A DNA stretch of 64,000 bases from Callorhinchus milii (lineage: Eukaryota), in assembly GCF_018977255.1 (NCBI RefSeq), contig NW_024704743.1:72232001-72296000 (forward strand), read 5' to 3'. Below are positions 1 to 11,330 of the stretch, in pieces. Every line of letters starts with the position of its first letter. Positions within the stretch are counted from its first letter, which is position 1. Both the position numbers and the translations under genes were made by a program. Under the pieces are notes generated by a model. The model worked only from the letters and a program-made list of their open reading frames with translations, was not told where the DNA came from and ran no database searches.

Positions 1-696
1 ATTTTTGTCAGACCAACTGGCCTTCTCCTGTTTCTATGTTACCAATGGAACTAAGCATTTTATTTGCTTTTGTTTTTATTCAGTCAAGTACTGATAGTTA
101 CTTTGGATTATTTTTGACTTTTGTCACCAGCATCTGTGTGATGCATCCTTTAGCAAATAAAGACATTTAATTCTTTGGTCATATATTATTTACATTTATA
201 TATTACATAACTGAACCTACAGAATTCAAAAAGATTCAAATAATTATGAAGCTGGTTATTTATTCATTGTTCTGTCTCCCATTTTCATACCATTGTCAAA
301 TTTCGCCATTTTACTCATCATATCCACAACCATTATACAATGATCTGTCTGTAATAGCAAAAGTCCTAAGACAAACCCTTGGGCTGTCAGCTCCCCACTA
401 TGGGCTAATACTTTCTTTCTTTGACTCTTAGTTTTTCTCAATAAATTAGCAACCTTACAGTGAGTTTCTTTTGGATTTAAAAAAAATTGTTGCATACCCT
501 CAATACTGTTCCTTGTATTCATAACTGCCCATATTCTTTAATTTAATTTTCAAATAGCCAGAATTCATTTAGTTTATAGCATCACTATCAGTTCCTTAAA
601 TAATTTGCACTTTTCTACTGCTGATCAACCAAGCGTTATTGTGCTCCAATTAACATTTCAACGTAGGGTGGTGGTCAAACTCAAATTGTTGCCTAC

Positions 697-928
697 CTGG
701 ATTGTGGAATTGAAGCAGTCACTTTTTGCAGCTCCTGTTGTAGTCCAAGGATGTCTGCAGTGTATTTCTCCTCAGTTTCTTTGCACTGCTGTTCGTGAGT
801 AGCCCGAAGATTTTCTATTTCCTGTATATGTTGCTCCGTTAGCTGTGCCTGTTGTTCATTAAACTCCTGTTTCAGCTTTTCAATCTCTTGAAGCCGAGCT
901 GACCGGACTTGTAATTGCTCCTTAAGAT
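697..928 (-). CDS. AKAP9: AKAP9 exon (DLKEQLQVRSARLQEIEKLKQEF...IPQS); the gene continues beyond the window start
   Basis: 232 nt, phase 1/2, ttttttag / AG|GTAGG, coiled-coil composition. Confidence 0.85.
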
Positions 929-1078
929 CTAAAAAACAGTTGCAGAAAAGCAAACACCAATTTTGTTTCCTTATGTGACACTTGTTTCCGAAGCGTGCTC
1001 ATTATTCCCAACACAAGTTAGGTTTCAAACTGTCATTGTGATAGAAATTGTAAAATGCAAAACAAAAATAAGATTTAC

Positions 1079-1190
1079 CATTAAGATCTCCTGAACTGGC
1101 ACGTGCGCTTTCGATTTGAATTTGGAAGCTGGCAGTCTCCTCTTCAGTACGTAACTGCAAATTGACATATGCAGCCTGCAGATCTTCAAT
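1079..1190 (-). CDS. AKAP9: AKAP9 exon (IEDLQAAYVNLQLRTEEETASFQIQIESARASSGDLN)
   Basis: 112 nt, phase 0/1, ttatag / G|GTAAAT. Confidence 0.78.
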
Positions 1191-1487
1191 CTATAATTAC
1201 AATCAGGATTCAAAAGGAAAGACTAAATGAGACTCTCTCCTTAGAATAAAATGACACTGTGCATTTTAGATCCATGCATATGCCCTGACATCACAAGAAA
1301 AACAAACATTCTAGCTTTGTAAATCTGTAATATTAATCATTATACAATTAAGCTGCCTCTGAAAATGATAGTCTTATTTGCCTGGCTTTTATTTTTTCAA
1401 AGATATTTCTAAAGAATAAATCAACAAAACTTTATTAAAAAACTGATCATAATTGGATATCATATCGCATACAGGACATTTGCTTAC

Positions 1488-1585
1488 CTGTTGACGGTCA
1501 TCAATGAGTTGTATTTGAAGAGCTTTTAGTCGACTATATTCCTCAACTATCTTTCTATGGAACATCTGCAGTTTTGTTTGTATTG
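1488..1585 (-). CDS. AKAP9: AKAP9 exon (AIQTKLQMFHRKIVEEYSRLKALQIQLIDDRQQ)
   Basis: 98 nt, phase 1/0, ttatag / CAG|GTAAGC. Confidence 0.83.
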
Positions 1586-4017
1586 CTATAACAGAAATAA
1601 TGACTGATAATCAGATTTCAAATCTTTAATTATCAACCAAAGGAAACAGTTGGGATCTGAGCCATGTTAGAGACATTGCTCATTATTTAATCAAAGGTCA
1701 TGAAGTCCTAAAAGCACCATATGCTTTATAATGCAGCCTTTCAATAAATAAATGATCTCTTATTAGAATACTTCAAGCTGTATTCTAATGGGAGCTTTAT
1801 TACAAAACAGTTTTTAACGTTGATGAAATTGCTTACAATTTTGTTGCAACAGTCAAAGGTGGAGCAAAATCAATTCATCCCTCAAGAATTCAATGACCAT
1901 TATGCACCATACATCCCAAGGTAATGATTTTTCATACATTATGCTGACTTCTGTGACTAGACTATTCATCATTTCACAATATATGTTAAATAAATCAAAT
2001 GAGGAATCAATTTTTGAAGCAACAAATAGCCTCATCGTCTCCTTTAGTCCAACTTCAAAAGTGAATTGAAGATTGAAAGAAAAAGCTTCTCCTTTGTCTT
2101 GTAAACATTTTATATTCATCAGCATTTTCAATCACTTGTGTCATTTTGCATTTTGGTTTTAAAAATCTTAATGAGCATTCTATGGAATGTTGCAAAATAA
2201 AATTGCATGTAATCCTAATATTACAGAATATAGTAGCGAACAGATTAGCAGAACAAGAGCAAATTTCTACTGGATGGAACATTATAAGTTGGAATCTTTC
2301 ACAATTCTGAAGATTCAAGGCTTTCGTGGAGCATTTAGGTGCCAAAGGGCTTACTCAGAGATGTCAGGTCAACACAGTAAAGCTTAGAAAAAGCATGTTA
2401 ACTACTTAGGCCTTATAAATAGACCTCAAGAAACACCCACTACATTTTGGCCCAAAGATAGTAATCTTTCATAGTAATCTCCAGCTTAATTTTTTGGAGT
2501 TGATTTGATCAAAGCATTTGGAATTATTAAGGGCCAGACAAAATAAAGCAGCAAGTGACTTTTCTTTCCTTGAAGGACCCATTAGTTATGAAGGGAAAAC
2601 TTTAAAATGAAGTCAAAATGGGTTAATCACTTATTCCCAATTTCCTGTTTCATAATCTAAGCTTCCCTGATAGTTCCTGCCAGCTCCTGCTCAAAGGTTT
2701 CTTTATCCGAGACCTTGCTTCAATAGGAGACAAACTGCACAGTCTGAGAAGCCGCCCTATACACCTGGTCCACATATATACTTAAAACAAGGATAGTTCC
2801 TTTTACTTTAAAAGGAATTTAGTGGCAGGTAAAGTATTGTAATCACTGGGATAAATTCAATAACGAAATTGGCATAAACAGGAATTTCCCCTTGCTTCTG
2901 TACTATACCAGTTATTTTGTGTATACAGCAAAAACAAGCAACTTTACAGTTGGGCCAAATGAGGATCAGTAGAATTACCAATTTAAGAAAAACAATGAAT
3001 CTCTCTCAAAAAAAATCAATCCTATATGAAATCTTAACGAACCTAAAGGCAAGAACAACTATGTTTCCCCACATCCATTCAAAGGACTTGTATTTCTTCT
3101 TTCCAAATGTCATGAATGATCCACACAATTATAGAAAATGTGCCCTGGAAGCTTTCTTGCCAAGTTACTGAAAGCGAATCTGTGACCACTGCCTAAACCT
3201 GTAGAGCAGCCTTTTGTACTGTAGTGTTGCAGTTCCACCTCCAGATGAATGTGGTTGGACTTGTTCCTGTTGAGGGTGTTGCTACATTTGTAGGTTGTTA
3301 TCCAGAATGGTAGGTGAAACGAAATTAACACCAGTACAAGATCTACATGATTTTGTGGCACAGAGCTGTTTTTCCTCGCTTCTTAAGTTACTGACGTACA
3401 AAATCACTATAGCATTTTGATTCACACCCTCAGAACCATTTTGTGAATCAGCCCTTAGAATTGATTACAAACAAACTACACAATTTAATGCTTGAGCATC
3501 TTTATGTGTTATGATTTTAAACAACTCATGTTAAAGTCAATAATCGATTAACTGACAGTGTTTGATTAACTGACCCTGCTTAGAATACACCACAGATTTG
3601 CTGGTGGTCTATAAAAGTTTCCAGGGTTGGTGTGTCCTGACTCCAAAGAGGCAGTTTCTTGAAAAGAATAATCAGTAGCCTCTTTTAAAAGTAAAGTTTT
3701 GAAACCAATGAAAGCTGGAAACTGGAGTTGTAGGTTAATTCTGCTCACCTACAATTTATTGCTGTACCATTGTACATTGGCTTTGGCAGACAATCCAATG
3801 GTGGTTTTAATTCAAGATAAAATAATTTGATACACACACAATTTACATCTAAAGATCAGCTTTCCAGTATGATTTACCAAAAGTTGGTCTCAAGCAAAAA
3901 TAGCTGCTATACAAGCATACTAGTTAGCAACAACAATAACAACTTACATTTATATAGCACCCTTCAAGCCGGACGGAGCACTTGATTGTTAAGGAACTAC
4001 TGTAGCTGCTAACTTAC

Positions 4018-4165
4018 CTCTTGCTTTATCAGTGGGGTCTCTTTGCTTTTTATAATCTTCCTTTGCAAATAGGTCTGCATTGGCGAACTCTAAAGCTTCC
4101 TTAGTCTGCTCCTTATTCCCNTTTTTCTTTGCCAAATAATCCTCATCCAGCACATTCGTAAATGA
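4018..4165 (-). CDS. AKAP9: AKAP9 exon (SFTNVLDEDYLAKK...PTDKAR); contains an N at 4121
   Basis: 148 nt, phase 0/1, tttacag / G|GTAAGT. Confidence 0.78.
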
Positions 4166-4739
4166 CTGTAAACCAGAACACAATTACCTCAGGTGATGCT
4201 CACCATGAAAAACACAAAGTATGTAGAACATAGTCAAACTGATGCACAACAAGTTTTTGCAAACACACAAAATGTATATTTTTTTGTCATGGTCTAATGT
4301 GTTTCATTACTTAAAATAAAGTATGTCAGGCTGACCCAGTGGTAGCACTCTCACTTCTGAGAAAGAAGGTTGTGGGTTCAAGCCCAACGTGGGACTTGGA
4401 ATCACATAGTCCAATGCAGTGCTGAAGGTGTGTTACGTTGTCGGAGGTGACGTCATTCAGTTATTAGCACTCTAATTTCTGAGTTAAAAGAACGTGGGTT
4501 CAAGCCCCAAGTTGCAACATTGAGCTCAGTCTAGGTTGACGTTCCAGGGCAGAGCTGGGATAGCGATGAATTGTCAGAAGCGCTGTCCTTCAGAGAATAA
4601 CATCTGCATATTCAGATGGACATTAAAAATCCCACCACACCATTTGAAAAAAGAGAGGTTCTTCTTGTGTTCGGCCAATAATCTCCCAGGTAAAGTGATC
4701 ATGCACTTCATAGTTGTTTGTAGGATGCTGGTGTGCACA

Positions 4740-4942
4740 AACTGCCTGAAAAGGTGGTGGAAGCCCATTTGATAACAACTTTTAAGAGAGAAATAGATAA
4801 TTATTTGGGAGGACAAGTTTGCAGGGCTATGGGGAGAGACCGGGGAATGGGATTGATTTGGATAGCTCTTTTCAAAGAGCCGGCACAGACTCGTTGGGCC
4901 GAATGTCCTCCTTCTGTGCTGTATAATTCTATGATTCTATGG
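4740..4942 (+). mobile_element. CR1-like LINE 3' end
   Basis: LPEKVVEA..TTFKREIDNYL remnant and GGGCCGAATGTCCTCCTTCTGTGCTG...(ATTCTATG)2 tail. Confidence 0.72.
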
Positions 4943-5257
4943 ACTTGAATATAAACAGTCACTAAATTTTACAGAAAAAATGTGTTGTGTGCTTCGAGAC
5001 ATTTCGATGTGCAAGGACGAGTTATCCGACTTATTTCTAGCATGGGATGACAGGTAGCCATGTATTAAGAGGAGTGACAAGTAAAATGGAGTCCCTGAAT
5101 TAACATTCTTGGGAAGCAGCTGGGATATTGACAGCATCGTAGTGACAAGTTAAGTCAGGGTCTTATCAGAGTTTACTATATTTCAAAAGGTCCTCAGAGT
5201 TCATGCGACAAGGTTTCACTGTGCTTCTTGATGCTGAATCAGTTTTCATTACAATAC

Positions 5258-5334
5258 CTGAGTGAGTTCCATACATTCGATAGAGATCTTCTCGTTGAGC
5301 TTGTTGATCAGTGTTTCAGAAGATTCTTCAGAGC
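5258..5334 (-). CDS. AKAP9: AKAP9 exon (GSEESSETLINKLNEKISIECMELTQ)
   Basis: 77 nt, phase 1/0, cattcag / CAG|GTATTG. Confidence 0.8.
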
Positions 5335-6128
5335 CTGAATGATAACAATTTGTTAAATTCAAAATAGATGGGAAACAGCTTTCCCATGAACATTGCAGAT
5401 TCTCACATTACTGGGACTTTGCTTCAGTAATTTTTACTACAGTGTTAAAATAAACCAAACATGATAGTATGCCTTTTGATTAAATTATCTAAAATGTATT
5501 GTGACTTTTTCATACGCTTACAAAACAACCGTAAAAGAGTAATGAATCAACAAATTAGGGCAGAAAGACACTTGTTTTAACCATGAGAGCAAATAATTCA
5601 TGTCGGGGGCAAATGCAGATCTGACCAAAACAGTACTTCTGGCAAATTTAAATACTTTTTAAGTAGGATGATTTGTAGAGTGTTAATACCGCTGTTAATA
5701 AAACATACTCTTATTTGATGGTCTAAAACCATGTTTCTCAACCTTAATGATAGGTACTGACTCACTTTCTTCTTAAAATGTATCGCATTACTAAATGAGC
5801 CAGTTACATCACTCAAACTAAAGAGATCCCTGATAACAAATGGCCATAAGGTTATGCACAGTCCTTGGTTGTTTTGAAACACTATTTCAGAGGACAGAAC
5901 TGTCATCAAAACCAGGAATCCATACTCCCACCCTGCCTTGTTGATCCATGAAAAACAACTCTATTGAACCTTGGTTGAGTGAAAGCCAGAAAATATGTAT
6001 GTATATATATATATCTACATAAAAAAACTTAAATGGTGAGATTGTATATTTTCTTACAAAAGCAAATTCAATCTATGTCAAACCTAATATATGAACAAGA
6101 GCATCTCATTCTGTCTTAGTTTCTGTAC

Positions 6129-6342
6129 CTTTCTGATGGGCTTCCAAGTCCTGTAATTGCTGCTGGTACAGTGTGTGAAGCTTTTCTACCTCCAAAGTAT
6201 GGCTGGCTGTGAGCTTCTCCTGGAGACTGTCCAAAGCTCTTGCTTTTTCAGTTTTCAAACCATCACAGGTAAGCTCCAGCTGAGCAGCATGAATTTGAGT
6301 GAGACTTATGCGCTGAGCCTCTAAGTGCAGCCTTATCTCAGC
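6129..6342 (-). CDS. AKAP9: AKAP9 exon (AEIRLHLEAQRISLTQIHAAQLE...)
   Basis: 214 nt, phase 0/1. EAQRISL resembles human EAQRICL (recalled). Confidence 0.88.
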
Positions 6343-6547
6343 CTGTCAAACAAACACAAAAGCTTAAAGATCAGAACGCAGCCATGTGTTTTTAAAGCAT
6401 TATTTGTTGATGAAACTTAAAACATCATTCAAACCAATTGAATTTCCAATCTTATATCTCTTCCCTAGTCACTTAGGTTGGTGAGGCAAGAGGAGGTAAG
6501 AGAAAGGAGGCTGCTGTAATTTGCCCAGTAAATGCAGATAGATGTAC

Positions 6548-6601
6548 CTCTATCTCCTGCTCTCTGTGTCTCTGCGATTTTTCAAGCTGTGCATCTTTTA
6601 C
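6548..6601 (-). CDS. AKAP9: AKAP9 54-nt exon, copy B (VKDAQLEKSQRHREQEIE)
   Basis: atttcag / GAG|GTACAT, phase 0/0, open frame. Confidence 0.72.
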
Positions 6602-7677
6602 CTGAAATCACACAGATGTCATCAAAATTACATTTTACATTAGTGTTTTTCTTCAATCTGAACCACCCTCAAAAAAGGCAGATTGGTTCAACTAAAGCCA
6701 CAAGTGAATGAAAAAGTGCCCTCATTCACAACAAGTGTTCTTCAGGAATGCCAGGGTGCAAATATTAGTCAAGACAGATCTCTAGTATTCTCTCAATGGA
6801 TGCTCAGAATTGGTATGGATTGTCAGGTCACTAGTGTTCTGAAACACTCGTGACCTGAAACACCAAAATAGCTCACTGTCATATGAGCTACTTCCCTTCA
6901 GGTCACTCACTGACCCGAAACCCAGGTCTGAAACACTGACTGTCCAGAGCCTTGGAACCTCCTTCCGACATGAAAGGCACAAAACAAATGTAATTTTGTT
7001 GTTGTAAATAACAGCCAACCCATTTAACTTTTATAAAAAATTGCAACAATTTATGTAATTTGAACCAGAATCTGTATGGACAGCTCACAAAAATTTAACA
7101 CTAAATATTTCTCATTCTTAGTTCAGGAGAAACATATTTCAACACCGGCCCTTAAAAATATTATTTCAACTAAATTTAGAATGAAAAGTGGAACTTGTGA
7201 TAAGTCGATTAACAATGATGATAACACATTGTTAAAAAATGCAGTCAATAATGTCTTAAATGATTCATGGTGGTTCCCCATATTTCCCTCCCTGTCCCCT
7301 CGCACATCATCGAAATGCAGGAGTCCCAACACACAGATTCTGTCTTAACTGGTGTTGGAGCTGCAGACCAGTGGCTAAATTATGACATTGACTGACCACA
7401 ATATTTGGTGTTAATTAACAACAACCTGCACCTATAACGTTTCATGTGTGTAAAAAAAATGGTTCAAGGCACTTTAACAATTGGTAAGAAATTGAGAGAA
7501 ATCTGTTCATCAGGCAAACCCAACAGCTAATTTGCACCAACATCCCTTAAGCGGCTTTGAAATGAGAAGCCAATTAATATGACTTTGCAAGAGAAACAAT
7601 TTATTTTAAAAATGAAAGTAAAATGATCCCTTTATGTCCATCTGAATCACAAGGCAAACAAAACCTAAACATTAATA

Positions 7678-7862
7678 CAGTGAAACTCTGATAACTGGCC
7701 CCTGGAATACGTGACCAACTTCACAGCCAGGATATTGAGTCGCTCACTCAATATCCTGACTATTTGAGTACTTTGCACTTGCGAGATACTGCACTTTGGA
7801 TAACTAGTCAACTGTGATTAGTCATATTTCCCTTGGGGTGACGAGTTATTGGAATTTCACTG
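7678..7862. mobile_element. Tc1/mariner-pogo (Tigger-like) MITE
   Basis: Imperfect TIRs CAGTGAAACTCTGATAACT / AGTTATTGGAATTTCACTG, both flanked by TA; internal hairpin. Confidence 0.65.
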
Positions 7863-8352
7863 TAACACAATGAAAGAAAGGGATGATGATGATCTGGAAA
7901 TAATAAAATTGCATTCAGTATAAAATGCTTCCCTTTTGTGGGACATTGCTTTGCGCCAAATGGCTGCCGTGCTTGCTTACAAAATACATAGCCCCTCACT
8001 TTACAGTATACCCTGGGAAGCTCTAAGACGTTCTACTAATGTGTAAAGTGTTATCGAATCTAAGGTTTATTATTATTATCCTGGTATAAGCAAATAATGG
8101 GTAAAGATAACAATAAAGAAGAAAGAAAAAGAGAAACAAAAGAAAAAGAAACATGAGCAAAGATGAAGGCAAATAAAATGGAAGACACACCAAATTAACA
8201 ACAAAGTAAATTAATAAGCAATTTCGAATTTTCAATATCTCTTCCCTAGTCACTTAGGTTGGTGGAGCAAGGGGGTAAGAGAGGAGGGAGACTGCAGTAA
8301 TTTGCCAAATAAATGCAGATATATAAATATATATATTTATATATAAATGTAC

Positions 8353-8406
8353 CTCTACTTCTTGCTCTTTGTGTCGCTGGGAATCTTCAAGCTGTGCATC
8401 TTTCAC
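8353..8406 (-). CDS. AKAP9: AKAP9 54-nt exon, copy A (VKDAQLEDSQRHKEQEVE)
   Basis: atttcag / GAG|GTACAT, phase 0/0, open frame; duplicate at 6548-6601. Confidence 0.7.
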
Positions 8407-9452
8407 CTGAAATTCCAGATGTCATCAAAATTAAATTTTATTTCCATTGCTAGAAAACCACATTAGTAAACAGGGTAGAAGTACGTTACAAAACAGGTTT
8501 CATTGAACCTATTTTGTTTGCCCCTTTTTTTAAAAAAAATTTAGTGATTCCATTGATTTTTTAAATCTTTGTATAAAGATAGCATTTGATGAAAGCAAAT
8601 AATTAATTAAAAGCTGTATGATACATTAAGTCAACCTGGAACTAACATTAGTTATAAGTCAAAAATGTCAGTTCTGTTATTATTCTTAACAAAGAATTCT
8701 TAATTGCTATTCTTCTGAAACTTGGAAATGTTTTCAAAAATAAATGTAAAACAAATCAATAATTATTATTTATTGCCAGGAAGAGCACAGGATTCAAATC
8801 AGTGAGCTCTTGGTGTGCAATTGACAGATCTCTCCACTGAACCACTGGGGTTGCCCTTTGGTTGGAAAATGGGTGTCTAGGTCAGTACAAAGCTTCTGCT
8901 TCATTAAATGGCACTGCTTGGAACACTTCTATAATATATAGATTGATAAAGCAGGAGACTGCTTTCCAACCTTTTGTGGGGACCTTCTGAGTCTTTTGTC
9001 ATCTCGTAAGAAAATACCAACCAAAATCCATAGTTCCTGTTTTGGGTCCTCTATTAAAATGACTAATCTATGTTCATTCTGTCAACCCACCACCTGCACA
9101 TTTTTCTCCCAGACAGTATCCCACGACTTGGGTCTCTTTTCACTCATATTGAATTTATATTGGAGTGCTGCCTACACTATGAATGATGCTCAAGTGGGGG
9201 CACCAACACTGAAGCGTTGCACAAATATAGATTCAACTTTTCCATTTAAAAAGAACATCCTGTACGTTATACAATTTGTGGCTGGGCCTTCAGCCTCTTT
9301 GCCCCCATCCTATGGAACTCAATCCCACATTCCCTTCATCTCGCTCCCTCCCTTGCAACCTTCAAGGCACGTCTCAAAACCCTCCTCTTCAATCAAGCCT
9401 GTGGCCACCCTCCTACCCCTCCACCCTCTCCGTTCCTGACCTTCAGTCCTGT

Positions 9453-9762
9453 GGAGTCCTATAGCTCAATGGTTAGAGCACTTGCTTTGCAAGCGAGAGA
9501 CCTGGGTTCGATTCCCGGCACGGTGAAACCTTGGGCAAGTTTCCTTACTCCACATGCCTGAAAATAATCCCTCAAGAAAAAAAATAAATAAATTGGTCAC
9601 TTCAATCCACGACTGTTTGTGGGACACTGCTGTGCGTAATTGGATGCTGCGTTTCACCCACAAATATACAGTCAATTCACTTTACAGTATATTCTGTGAA
9701 ACGCTTTGAGACGTCTTGAAGATGTGAAAAACGCTATTTCAAATGCATGGATTATTATTATT
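9453..9762 (+). mobile_element. tRNA-Ala-derived SINE, near full length
   Basis: A box (TAGCTCAATGG), TGC anticodon loop, B box (GTTCGATTCC), shared body, L2-like tail with (ATT)n. Confidence 0.85.
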
Positions 9763-11330
9763 AAATCCCTGACTGTTCAGCACCTTGGGACGTCCTTCTG
9801 ATGTGAAAGTCGCTATACAAATGTAATTTTGCAATTGTTGTTGTGTACATGTGGGATCTGTGGGTTAGTTCTTTTCCCCCTAGACAGCTACTAACATAAT
9901 GGTTATGAAGGCTGGGAGATATCTGGCAATATTGCTCCTAGACTTTTTTCCAGTTACTTAAGCAGCAATAATAGGGGGAAAAGCTGTACTGTATAAACGT
10001 GAGGCAAACTGTTATTTGGTAAGTAAGGATATTAAGGGACATTGAGAAAAGCAGTGGAAAAAAGATTTTCCAAAATCCAATAAAATGGCAAGCAGACTAG
10101 CTGAACATCATCTGCCTGTTTATGTTTCTGCCAGTGAGAGAACTCCCCAGCATAGCCCTCTATAGGTACATTTGCTTCTGCAGCTGCAAACAACTCTTTT
10201 TGCAATATGCTTTTATTCTGTTTTATGCTCTACCAGCAAGTCACAATCTAAATATGCACATTCGGTATTCGTCACACTTTTGCAATGGTTTATCATTAAA
10301 ATAGCTTAGCGCTCTTTCTGAATAGATTGCAAGGAAAAATACTATTATTTTTCTAAATGAGGCATTTTCACTTCCTCCTGCCTGGTATCCATCTATGATT
10401 ATTCACGGCTAGCACCAACGGTAAACTGCTCCTGGGTTTTGGAAACAAATCATGGCTCTTAAACTGCACTGCAAATTGAAATGATAGTGAACCTCCTTAA
10501 AGGACAAACATTAAGACTGTCAGGGCAACGATAGAGCAGAACTCATGAAAATCCAGTTGACTAGTATTTTGTCTGAAAAAAAAGTTTTATTACTTTGTAA
10601 CTTTATATACCATACCCAGGGCAGAGGTTGGATAGTCAACTAAATCTTTGCTTGGAAGTACACTGAAGGTTGGATGAGGCTTTCCACGTCCCCAAAATCC
10701 TATCAGTATACGTTCTGGAAAACTGGGAAACTCAATTTGACTATGGGATAGTATTTCAGCTATTTTTGTTTCCCAGAGTTTTTAAAAGAAAATACTACAG
10801 TGCAAGATGTTGAAGCCCCAAGGCGTTGTGCCTTAACATGGCAGGACCTGTTTTTTCACACAGTAGGGTATTGATCTCAATGATGCCATTACATTGGGCA
10901 GATAGAAGAGCTATGGCCTCTACATGCCAACTGCCAACAGCAGAATGACTGCATTCATCAAGTTCACCATGTAGATTACCATGGGATGGCCTTTCTATAC
11001 GCTGCAGCAATACATATTGGAACATTTCAAAACATAATGATAATCTTTGCATTTGATAGAGCGAATTATCACACCGTTGAGACGTCTCAAAGCGCTTCAC
11101 AGAATATATTACAAAGCGCAGTGACTGTATTTTGTGAGCAGCCAATTGCGCATATCAGTCGTGGATTGATTGGCCACATTTATTTTAATTGGAGGGATTA
11201 TAACCCCCTAAAGGGATCCACCAATAGACTAACAATCAGGTTCCCACTTATTGACAATCATGAAGACACTGCCTTGGACCATCCTGACCATCTATTTGCT
11301 ACAAGAGTATTTGCTACAAGATTCACATAC

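Noticed and set aside
2630..2720. Coiled-coil-looking peptide KVSDKETFEQELAGTIREA*IMKQE on the minus strand
   Set aside because: In-frame stop and incompatible phase; the flanking exons already join in frame.
4121..4121. Possible lesion in an AKAP9 exon
   Set aside because: A single ambiguous base (N); the frame and exon phases remain consistent.
9453..9525. tRNA-Ala(TGC) genes (also at 32893, 34150, 46591, 55970)
   Set aside because: No proper acceptor stem and each runs into a SINE body; these are SINE heads.
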